Numbered from the stretch's first letter, positions 34,726-41,890 are shown. The stretch is 47,973 nucleotides of DNA from Limisphaerales bacterium (GCA_031411455.1 JANOBC010000059.1:1-47973), one strand, 5' to 3'. The notes: generated by a model not told the origin, from the letters alone. Program-made: numbers and translations.

Positions 34726-36858
34726 TTATTTCTTGGCTCCAAACGGCGAGGACGCCAATTTCACGCGCGGAAATTTTTCTTGAGCCTTCGACGTCGTTTT
34801 TGGCGCGGCCAGCGCGATGAAATCCGACTGGCTGCGGTAGGGCCTTTCACCATTGGAAATTTTTGCGCGGCGATAAATGCCATCCGCGCCAAGCAAACGC
34901 GCCTTCGTGTTATCCGCCAGCGCCACGCCGAGAATTTCCCGGATGACGCGATCCGCCAGATTGCCATCCTCAATCGGGAACATCACCTCGATGCGGCGGA
35001 ATAGATTGCGCGGCATCCAGTCCGCGCTGCCCACAAAGATTTCCGGCTGATGAGCGTTGTCGAAATAATAAATCCGGCTGTGTTCCAGAAAACGGTCAAT
35101 GATGCTGCGCACCGTGATGTTCTCGCTCAAGCCCGGCACGCCGGGGCGCAGGCAGCAGATGCCGCGGATGATGAGGTCAATCTTCACGCCCGACCGCGAT
35201 GCGACGTAAAGCGCCTCGATCAACTCCGGCTCCACGAGTGAATTAAACTTGGCGATGATGCGCGCCGGCAAACCGCGACGGGCATTCTCCGCCTCACGCG
35301 CGACGAGCGACAACATCCGCGCGTGCATATCGAACGGCGCGACGATAAGTTTTTTCATGCCTTGAAACTGGCAGATGCCGGTGAGCAGATTGAAAAGATT
35401 CGTCGCGTCCTCGCCGAACTCCGCCTTGCACGTCAGCAAACTCAAGTCCGTGTAAAGCTTCGCCGTCGTGGGATTGTAATTACCCGTCCCAAGATGAACG
35501 TAGCGGCGGATTTCATTGCCCTCGCGGCGCACGACCAGCGCGCACTTCGCATGAATCTTGTAGCCGACCAAGCCATAGACGACATGGACGCCGTTCTCCT
35601 CTAGCTTGCGCGCCCACTCGATGTTGTTCGCCTCATCGAAGCGCGCGCGCAACTCGACAACCGCCGTGACTTGCTTGCCGTTGTTGACCGCGTTCATTAA
35701 CGCGCCGACGATGCGCGCGTCGCCGCCGGTGCGGTAGAGTGTCATCTTGATGGCGAGCACGTCGTGATCCGTCGCGGCGTGTTCCAGAAATTCCACCACG
35801 CTGGAATAATTTTCGTAAGGATGATGCAGCAGCACATCGCGCTCGCGGATGACGGCGAACAAATCTTTCTTGTCACGCAACGGCGTCGCCACCGGCGCAT
35901 TAAACGGCGCGTCACGCAGTTCCGGCGAATGGCTGCCGGAATACAACATCATCAGCCGCGTCGGATTCATCGGGCCTTCGATGAGATACAGATCTTGCTC
36001 GGTGAGATTGAGCGTCTTGAGCAGCGCGCTGCGGATTTCTTCCGGGCAATCGTGCGCAATTTCCAGCCGCACCGCGTGGCCGCGACGGCGCTTGTGCAAT
36101 TCTTCCTCGACGGCTTTCAACAAATTCGGCGTATCACCTTCATCAACGTAAAGCTCACTATTGCGCGTCAGGCGGAACGCCCAGCACCCGAGAATTTTTG
36201 TGCCGGGAAAAAGGTCGGCCAGAAAACTGCCGATGAGCTGGCCGAGAAAAACGTAATCGCGGCGGCCATCTTCGCGCGGCAACTGGATGAGGCGCGGGAG
36301 AATTGAGGGGCATTGCACCACGGCGAGATGCTTGAGCGACGTGCCGTTCTTGGGCAGCTCCAGCCGCACCATCAGGTTCAGGGATTTGTTCAGCAGTTGC
36401 GGAAACGGATGCGCCGGATCAATCGCCAGCGGCGTCAGCACGGGGCGGACTTGGTCGTGATAAAATTTGTCGAGCCATGCGAGGTCGTCCTTTTTGAGTT
36501 CGCTGAATTCCAGCAGGCGAATTTTATTTTTGGCGAGCGCGGGCTGGAGTTGCTCGTGCCAGCAGGCGTATTTGTCCGCGACCATCTTGCGGACGCGACG
36601 CGTGATGGCTTCAAAAATTTCCGCGTGCGTCAATCCATCCACGCTGCGCGCGCTCGCGCCGCTTTCGATCTGCTGCTTCAAGCCCGCGACGCGCACTTCA
36701 AAGAATTCATCCAGATTCGAGCTGGCGATGGTGAAAAATTTTAACCGTTCCAGCAGCGGGTTGGTGGCATCCATCGCCTCGTCGAGCACGCGCTGGTTAA
36801 ATTCCAGCCAGCTCAACTCGCGATTGAAAAAATGCGCCGTGTCTCGATTGCTCTTCAT
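34726..36858 (-). CDS. ppk: polyphosphate kinase 1
   Basis: 710 aa. N-terminal FFNRELSWLEFNQRVL, and two PLD-like HKD-type C-terminal domains (KIHAKCALVVRREG; RFLEHSRIYYF). Confidence 0.95.
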   Translation of the reverse strand: MKSNRDTAHFFNRELSWLEFNQRVLDEAMDATNPLLERLKFFTIASSNLDEFFEVRVAGLKQQIESGASARSVDGLTHAEIFEAITRRVRKMVADKYACWHEQLQPALAKNKIRLLEFSELKKDDLAWLDKFYHDQVRPVLTPLAIDPAHPFPQLLNKSLNLMVRLELPKNGTSLKHLAVVQCPSILPRLIQLPREDGRRDYVFLGQLIGSFLADLFPGTKILGCWAFRLTRNSELYVDEGDTPNLLKAVEEELHKRRRGHAVRLEIAHDCPEEIRSALLKTLNLTEQDLYLIEGPMNPTRLMMLYSGSHSPELRDAPFNAPVATPLRDKKDLFAVIRERDVLLHHPYENYSSVVEFLEHAATDHDVLAIKMTLYRTGGDARIVGALMNAVNNGKQVTAVVELRARFDEANNIEWARKLEENGVHVVYGLVGYKIHAKCALVVRREGNEIRRYVHLGTGNYNPTTAKLYTDLSLLTCKAEFGEDATNLFNLLTGICQFQGMKKLIVAPFDMHARMLSLVAREAENARRGLPARIIAKFNSLVEPELIEALYVASRSGVKIDLIIRGICCLRPGVPGLSENITVRSIIDRFLEHSRIYYFDNAHQPEIFVGSADWMPRNLFRRIEVMFPIEDGNLADRVIREILGVALADNTKARLLGADGIYRRAKISNGERPYRSQSDFIALAAPKTTSKAQEKFPRVKLASSPFGAKK

Positions 36859-36934
36859 GTGTTCGTTTCGTTAAACGAGCGAACATTCTAGGCGCTGCGG
36901 GCTGGAATCCAAAGTTACATTTTGAACCAACTAT

Positions 36935-37061
36935 GGTAGGGATGCCGCGCTGCGGCGTCCTTCCGCTGGCGCTTCCCCGCTTTAGGCCAGCGGAATTTCC
37001 GAAACCGCCCGCTGAAGACGGGGAAGCGCGGGCGGGGACAGCGCAGCGCACTGTCCCTACC
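36935..37061. repeat. 127-nt compound GC-rich palindromic element (REP-like) between GH1 and ppk
   Basis: Arm ggtagggatgccgcgctgcggcgtcc (36935-36960) against ggacagcgcagcgcactgtccctacc (37036-37061), complementary at 20 of 26 positions. Each arm is itself a small hairpin. The centre holds further nested complements (ccgctggc/gccagcgg; cttccccg/cggggaag). It begins 3 nt after the GH1 stop. Confidence 0.8.
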
Positions 37062-37064
37062 ACC

Positions 37065-38312
37065 TCAATCCCCCACCCCGTTCTCCCGGCAGATCCTTGA
37101 GTAAACTCCCGCCAGCGGCTTCAATGAGCGCGGCAGTTTTTCATCCGCGAAATCCACCGCCAGCAAACCAAACTTTTTCGTGTAGCCGAATTGCCACTCG
37201 AAATTATCCATCAGCGACCAGTAGAAAAATCCGCGCACGTCCACGCCCGACTGGATGGCGCGATGCAACGCCGCGAGATTTTCCCGCAGGTCGCGCTCGC
37301 GAAAATTTTCATCCGCCGAGGCCGAGCCGTGTTCCGTGATGTAGATGGGCAGGCGGAATTTCCGGTGGAGATATGGTAGGATTTTTTCCAGACCTTCCGG
37401 GTAACGCTCCACCATGTCGTCGCAGATGAAGCCAAAATCCTTCAGCGTTTTCACCGGCGTGCCGCTCGCGGGAATCATCGCGCGGAAATGATGGAAGCGC
37501 ACGCGTCCGTAATAATTCAGCCCGATGAACGTCGAAGCGTCCCGCCGCGCGCCGCCGAGAAACGCATCCAGCACGAACTTGTTGAACGTGTAGTGACACG
37601 CGAACGCCGTCGTGCGATCCCACAGCGAAAAATTTTTATACGCGTGGAAGAACGTCCAGTTCTTCGCGATGCCCACCTCGGGTTTGCGCCCGGCGTTGCC
37701 CTCGCGCTGGATCACGCGGCTGGCTTGCGCGTGGGCGCGGGCCATGTGCGCGATCACCTTGCGAAACTGGCCGAGCTGACCTTTGCGCTGCGGCGGAAAA
37801 CCCCCGAGCAGATACGCCACGCACGCGTAAGTGTCCGGCTCGTTGAACGTGTTCCACAGCCACACCCGCTCCTTCAGCACCGCGACCAGCTTGGTGACGT
37901 AATCCACGAAAGCCGGAATCGTCGCCGCGTTCGTCCAGCCGCCGGCGGCGTTGATCCACGGCGGATTGGAGAAATGATGCAGCACCACCATCGGCGTGAT
38001 GCCCTTGGCGATGAGCCGGTCGAGCAGGTCAACGTAGCGCGCCAGCTCGGTCGGGTTCAGCGGGGCGAAGGGCGCGGATTGCAGCCGGCCCCACTCGATG
38101 CCGAAGCGGTAGGCGTTCGTGCCCAGCCGCGCCATCCAGTCAATGTCCTCCGGGTAACGGTGATAATGATCGCAGGCCACGCGGCAATGGCTGCCATCCT
38201 GCGCGGTGAACGGCGTCCACTCATTTTCGATGTGGCCCTCCACCTGCGTCGGCGCCGTGGCCGTGCCCCAGAGAAAGCCGGGTGGAAATTTTAGAATGTT
38301 GCCGCCGCTCAT
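37065..38312 (-). CDS. GH1 family beta-glucosidase
   Basis: Acid/base motif WNTFNEP and nucleophile motif IYITEHG. N-terminal FPPGFLWGTATAPTQVEG. 415 aa. Confidence 0.9.
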   Translation of the reverse strand: MSGGNILKFPPGFLWGTATAPTQVEGHIENEWTPFTAQDGSHCRVACDHYHRYPEDIDWMARLGTNAYRFGIEWGRLQSAPFAPLNPTELARYVDLLDRLIAKGITPMVVLHHFSNPPWINAAGGWTNAATIPAFVDYVTKLVAVLKERVWLWNTFNEPDTYACVAYLLGGFPPQRKGQLGQFRKVIAHMARAHAQASRVIQREGNAGRKPEVGIAKNWTFFHAYKNFSLWDRTTAFACHYTFNKFVLDAFLGGARRDASTFIGLNYYGRVRFHHFRAMIPASGTPVKTLKDFGFICDDMVERYPEGLEKILPYLHRKFRLPIYITEHGSASADENFRERDLRENLAALHRAIQSGVDVRGFFYWSLMDNFEWQFGYTKKFGLLAVDFADEKLPRSLKPLAGVYSRICRENGVGD

Positions 38313-38325
38313 CCCGGAGATTTTC

Positions 38326-38437
38326 TCCTAACCGCGAACTCAATGGCAGCAAAAAACTCCGACACGTGTCGGACGCTCAGCCGGGTGATGGCCATCAATG
38401 GCAGAGCGGTGAGGCTGGCGAAGGCGACGGGTTAGGT
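38326..38437 (-). repeat. attC-like element A (between ORF A and GH1)
   Basis: On the minus strand, ACCTAAC (38437-38431) starts 7 nt after the ORF A stop. GTTAGGA (38332-38326) lies 13 nt before the GH1 ATG. The interior holds the palindrome ccgacacgtgtcgg, but no clear L''/L' pairing was found. Confidence 0.3.
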
Positions 38438-38444
38438 TGAACAA

Positions 38445-39020
38445 TCATTTGGTTTTGTGGTTTTTCCAAGGATCGTTGGAATCAAGAAAGCCGCAATAAG
38501 TTACACCAGACCCGTTTGTTTGCTTTGGATAGTCAGAAAAGTCTCCCCCAATTTCGATTCGCTTGATGATGTCCACGACATCTTCTGTCCGTGCAAGCTT
38601 AATGCCATAATACACATTCCGCTTCTTGCCGTCTTGACTGGTTGCTGCCTCAACGGCTGGCAATCGAAAGAACGTGAATGTCTCATCATAAAAGCCAATC
38701 GGCTGACCTTGCGTATCCAACTTCATTATGAACCACAACTCAAGAACTCCATCCCATTGTCCTGCTTTAAGATCGTAAATCACCGAAGGCAAAATCTGAT
38801 TGATCTGATTGCCGCTGTCGAATGTCGTGAATGTATAATTAATGATTGCGGATTTAGGCAAGCTGGCCAGAAAGGGTCTCTGTTGGATTAACCAGTTCTC
38901 GTAAGCCTGCTTTTTCTGAACAATGTTTTTTTCCGCATTAACCTGTTGGTGGCATCCAGTCAGCAAGAAGCAATTGAGGATCAACAATGCCAAATTGAAT
39001 TTTTGCATTCGCGTAGTCAT
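38445..39020 (-). CDS. orphan lipoprotein (cassette ORF A)
   Basis: Lipobox FLLTGC after MTTRMQKFNLALLILNC. ~45 % G+C. No family recognised. ATG at 39020 (or 39008); the track GTG at 39077 lies inside the GC-rich repeat. Confidence 0.5.
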   Translation of the reverse strand: MTTRMQKFNLALLILNCFLLTGCHQQVNAEKNIVQKKQAYENWLIQQRPFLASLPKSAIINYTFTTFDSGNQINQILPSVIYDLKAGQWDGVLELWFIMKLDTQGQPIGFYDETFTFFRLPAVEAATSQDGKKRNVYYGIKLARTEDVVDIIKRIEIGGDFSDYPKQTNGSGVTYCGFLDSNDPWKNHKTK

Positions 39021-39023
39021 TGA

Positions 39024-39116
39024 GTCTAACGTAAAAAGCTGACTCGTCGCGGCGGAGCGCAGCGAAGACGGAGCCACCGCCGATTCGCGGCGGGAACCGC
39101 GTCAACGGCCTGCCGC
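39024..39116 (-). repeat. attC-like element B (partial: R'/L' end present, no R'' core)
   Basis: The plus strand reads GTCTAAC GTAAAAA GCTGAC at 39024-39043. The 60 nt at 39042-39101 match 40576-40635 with 1 mismatch. It ends at the ORF B stop with no RYYYAAC. Confidence 0.35.
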
Positions 39117-40526
39117 TCACTTGATCGCACTTTTATCATTCTGCATTTCTCCAAAATATTCCCGCAAATAATCGGATCGAGGCCGGTTGACGACTGTGGC
39201 GAAAGCAACGAACGAAGTAAAATGCTTGAACTCCGCCTTGGCCGCGTCGGCAAGTTGTTGCTTCGTGACTCTTTTTTCCACCTTCGCCACTTCGTATGAC
39301 ACACGTTGGATCAATCCGCTTTCGGGAAATTGCTTGAGTGCCGCTTTGAGTTCGGTGTCGTTGCTGGTTAGCTGACCACTTTCTTTCTTTATCAGTAGCA
39401 CACCGGCTGCGAAACGCACATCGCCGGTGGCTTGCCAGCCTTCCCGTTCGAGCTTTAGCTGGTTCTCCGAATGCCCGGCGGGAGCTGCGAACAATGCCGC
39501 ATTCCACATCTCCTTGTCTTTACCTTTTCGAGCTTGCTCCAAAACCAAGGGAGCGATTTGTGAATGCAACACCGTTTCGTCAATCGCTTTTGCTTCTACG
39601 GCGGCATTCAAAATCAATGAAAGCAGCGCGCCGTTGGTAGGAATTGTCCGGGGGGCGTCTATGAGCAGACGGTATTTTGTTAGAATTTTTTTTATGCCGG
39701 CAGCGTCTTCTTCATCGGCAGTGGCACACTCCGCCGCGCATGAGATTGTCCGGTTACACATATCATCATCAGGCAATTTGAGCGCCGCTTTTACCGCCGG
39801 TAAATCGTGAGACAGATAGGATTTGTATGGCCCGCTGTTCCACCAATCTCTGGGAAAGTCGCAGTCGAGCGCAATCAGGTCGTAGGCAGCGTTCACATCT
39901 TGTTTTTGAATCGCTTTGGCGAGTAGTTTGGCGCGGCGTTGGTGTGGAGTCGGCTCACGATGCACTGAACAAATGAGTTCCTCCATCTGTTCCACGGAGC
40001 CATTAGGTGCCAGTTCTGATTTCCGCCACGCCTCCACGGCTTCGTTGATACGATTTAGACGAATCAAACAATCTGCCTGTAGTGCATAGGGGGCGGCATT
40101 GTCTGGTCTTGCCTTTGAGAACTTTTGATAAGATTCCAACGCCGGCAGATATTCTCCCGCCCGATGCTGTTCCAGCGCCCACTCCCAGACTACGGCGGGA
40201 TTTTCCGGTTCTGCCAAGGCGGCGGCGCGGTGGAGCGCATACGACCGGGTGCGATCCATTTCAAACAAAACATTTCCGAGTAAAAAGGATTGTGCCGGTG
40301 TTCGGGTTGATGCGGGAAAGGCGGCCAGAAGTTTTTCGTTTGCCCCATTCAAATCTCCCGACTTCATCTGCTCCTCACAGGCAGGCATGACGGTCTCCAG
40401 AGCATTGTTTGCCTGTTGAAAATCCGTCTTAAAAAAGGTCGGCGTCTTGATTTCTGTTTCCGCAAAGAGACACGCTTCCAAAAACAATATCGGTGCAACG
40501 AATAGCAGAAGTTTAATTTTTTTCAT
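39117..40526 (-). CDS. orphan secreted TPR-like helical-repeat protein (cassette ORF B)
   Basis: Signal peptide MKKIKLLLFVAPILFLEA. All-helical, with TPR-like stretches (YALHRAAALAEPENPAVVWEWALEQHRAGEYLPALESYQKFSKARPDNAAPYALQADCLIRLNRINEAVEAW). Lower G+C than the flanks. ATG at 40526. Confidence 0.55.
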   Translation of the reverse strand: MKKIKLLLFVAPILFLEACLFAETEIKTPTFFKTDFQQANNALETVMPACEEQMKSGDLNGANEKLLAAFPASTRTPAQSFLLGNVLFEMDRTRSYALHRAAALAEPENPAVVWEWALEQHRAGEYLPALESYQKFSKARPDNAAPYALQADCLIRLNRINEAVEAWRKSELAPNGSVEQMEELICSVHREPTPHQRRAKLLAKAIQKQDVNAAYDLIALDCDFPRDWWNSGPYKSYLSHDLPAVKAALKLPDDDMCNRTISCAAECATADEEDAAGIKKILTKYRLLIDAPRTIPTNGALLSLILNAAVEAKAIDETVLHSQIAPLVLEQARKGKDKEMWNAALFAAPAGHSENQLKLEREGWQATGDVRFAAGVLLIKKESGQLTSNDTELKAALKQFPESGLIQRVSYEVAKVEKRVTKQQLADAAKAEFKHFTSFVAFATVVNRPRSDYLREYFGEMQNDKSAIK

Positions 40527-40557
40527 TTTGGTTTGTTGTTTTTCCTCTGGCCCTGAC

Positions 40558-40722
40558 ACCTAACACGGAAAGTTAACTCGTCGCGGCGGAGCGCAGCGAA
40601 GACGGAGCCACCGCCGACTCGCGGCGGGAACCGCGCCATCTGCCTCCGCTCCGACCCAGGCTGCGCCGAGGCGAGCGCTGCGGCAAGACGAGACGGCGGC
40701 TGGCTCCGGCAATAGGTTAGGC
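40558..40722 (-). repeat. attC-like element C (165 nt)
   Basis: On the minus strand, GCCTAAC (40722-40716) starts 14 nt after the ORF C stop. GTTAGGT (40564-40558) lies 31 nt before the ORF B ATG. Internal pairings are ctcgtc/gacgag and gcagcg/cgctgc, but large asymmetric loops sit next to the cores. Confidence 0.4.
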
Positions 40723-40736
40723 AGCGTCATAAAATC

Positions 40737-40970
40737 TCATCTGTTTCCGAGCAACCAATAAGAAACCCAAACCCAAAACATCCTCGCTGCAACAAAACAC
40801 ACAGGCAATGAAAAAGCGAACGGCAGCGCCGCCGAAATCTTCAATGCTTTCGAGTTCCACTTGCGCCCGAAATAAAAAATGCAAAGTGAAACCACAGCGC
40901 AAACAAACAACATCACAAGCGCGCCAAATATCGCGAAGAAATACTCTGGCTCTGGCGGATTTGTCTGCAT
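40737..40970 (-). CDS. orphan small membrane protein, 77 aa (cassette ORF C)
   Basis: MQTNPPEPEYFFAIFGALVMLFVCAVVSLCIFYF... has two to three hydrophobic helices. ATG at 40970 sits 12 nt downstream of GTTAGGT. The track start at 41129 runs through the GC-rich repeat. Confidence 0.4.
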   Translation of the reverse strand: MQTNPPEPEYFFAIFGALVMLFVCAVVSLCIFYFGRKWNSKALKISAALPFAFSLPVCFVAARMFWVWVSYWLLGNR

Positions 40971-40982
40971 GGCGTCCAAGCT

Positions 40983-41107
40983 ACCTAACGTGGAAAGCTG
41001 AACCGCCGACGTTCGGCGGCCGATGCGGCGGCGGTTGATGGGTTCAATCCGTTCACTGGCGGCGACCATAAATCCGGGCCGCCGGGTTGTCCAGCCGCGA
41101 GTTGGTG
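40983..41107 (-). repeat. attC-like element D (125 nt, best canonical geometry)
   Basis: The minus strand reads CACCAAC-tcgcg-GCTGGAC ...85 nt... GTTCAGC-tttccac-GTTAGGT. L''/L' pair at 7 of 7 positions with one G-T wobble. R''/R' pair if one A is bulged. The spacers are 5 and 7 nt. The 96 nt at 41010-41105 match 41693-41788 with 5 mismatches. Confidence 0.5.
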
Positions 41108-41177
41108 GTGGTAGGGACGGACTGGTCATTAATGGCGGCGCGGCGCGGATGGCTTCGGTGATGGATAGGTCGATAAA

Positions 41178-41657
41178 TCATGGCTTCCATGTTATGATTC
41201 TATATCGCAATTCAAAACTATCCGGGGGCATATTCGTCGAGCGATCATTCTGCTTAAGGCCATGAAGAAATGTCCACGTCGCATCCGTCGTCTCGGTGTA
41301 ATCTGGTCGCAGCCATGCCGTCCAATCTGCGAGCCCTGGGTGATGTGAAATAGCCAGGAGAAAAACCTGGGCAGGCTGGCCATCAGTCGTAACAACCATA
41401 GCACGTCTACGTTGGCCATCATGGATGAGAGTCGAACTGGAAAATATGACAAAACCTCCCTCCTCTCGCTTCTTGGTCAATTTTAGCCGTGTGCCAACAA
41501 TGTCTGTATCCGTAACAACATCAAAGCTAGTCAAAGGCTCATACTTGGCAGTCTTTGGGACGCGCAACTCGTAAAGAAACTCGTAATGCTTGCCGATGGA
41601 TACGCACGAAAGCGCCAATGTAGCCGCAAGAGTTAAAATCAAGGGATTGAATTTCAT
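41178..41657 (-). CDS. orphan lipoprotein (cassette ORF D)
   Basis: MKFNPLILTLAATLALSC lipobox. 159 aa, lower G+C. ATG at 41657 sits 11 nt downstream of GTTAGGC. Confidence 0.5.
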   Translation of the reverse strand: MKFNPLILTLAATLALSCVSIGKHYEFLYELRVPKTAKYEPLTSFDVVTDTDIVGTRLKLTKKREEGGFVIFSSSTLIHDGQRRRAMVVTTDGQPAQVFLLAISHHPGLADWTAWLRPDYTETTDATWTFLHGLKQNDRSTNMPPDSFELRYRIITWKP

Positions 41658-41668
41658 GCAGCAAATTC

Positions 41669-41808
41669 GCCTAACGTAGCCAGCCAATCCCCCGTTCGGC
41701 GGCCGATGCGGAGGCGGTTGCTGGGTTCAATCCGTTCACTGGCGGCGACCATAAATCCGGGCAGCCGGGTTGTCCAGCCGGGAGTTGGCCGCAGCGGGGA
41801 GGTTAGAC
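41669..41808 (-). repeat. attC-like element E (outermost)
   Basis: On the minus strand, GTCTAAC lies at 41808-41802, followed by a second core-like GGCCAAC-tcccg-GCTGGAC identical in layout to element D. GTTAGGC (41675-41669) lies 11 nt before the ORF D ATG. The L' side diverges from element D. Confidence 0.35.
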
Positions 41809-41875
41809 AGGATTAACCGGATTTTACAGGATTCAAAAAAACCCCAATCCTGTGAATCTTGTTAATCCTGTCTAA
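41803..41875. repeat. nested perfect hairpin (REP-like) downstream of the glycosyltransferase gene
   Basis: Outer arms ttagacaggattaac (41803-41817) and gttaatcctgtctaa (41861-41875) pair perfectly over 15 bp. Inner arms acaggatt (41826-41833) and aatcctgt (41846-41853) also pair. No U-tract follows. Confidence 0.85.
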
Positions 41876-41890
41876 AGTCAGGCGCGGCCG

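Larger units (their letters stand above)
38326..41808 (-). mobile_element. putative integron-like cassette array without integrase (CALIN-like), four cassettes
   Basis: Low-G+C island: two 60-nt lines counted by hand in ORF A give 45 %, against 65 % for a line in the adjacent GH1 gene. Four co-oriented orphan ORFs. On the minus strand every ORF start is preceded within 3-31 nt by GTTAG(G/A)(C/T). ORF stops at 38445 and 40737 are followed within 7-14 nt by RCCTAAC. The inter-ORF elements are GC-rich and occur as near-identical pairs. No intI is present in the window. Canonical attC geometry is seen at only one junction. Confidence 0.45.

Noticed and set aside
36861-36886. Small palindrome (ttcgtttcgttaaacgagcgaa) just upstream of the ppk1 ATG, considered as a riboswitch or attenuator.
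   Set aside because: It is too short, with a 1-nt loop at its core, and matches no known riboswitch class. It cannot be supported.
37065-38333. The GH1 gene considered as a fifth cassette, because GTTAGGA precedes its ATG by 13 nt.
   Set aside because: GH1 has host-like G+C (~65 %). It is followed by a REP-type palindrome rather than an RYYYAAC...GTTRRRY element. It is more likely the conserved chromosomal flank of the array.
40717-40902. Alternative 61-aa ORF overlapping cassette ORF C in another frame.
   Set aside because: It has no convincing start context and runs into the core site. The 40737..40970 frame gives a coherent multi-helix membrane protein starting 12 nt after the GTTAGGT core.
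41036-41070. tRNA-like fragment in the 96-nt repeat (gggttcaatcc T-loop-like ... ggcggcgaCCA).
   Set aside because: No complementary T-stem or 5' acceptor strand can be drawn. The GTTCAATCC resemblance is isolated, and no tRNA or tmRNA-like fold is supported.
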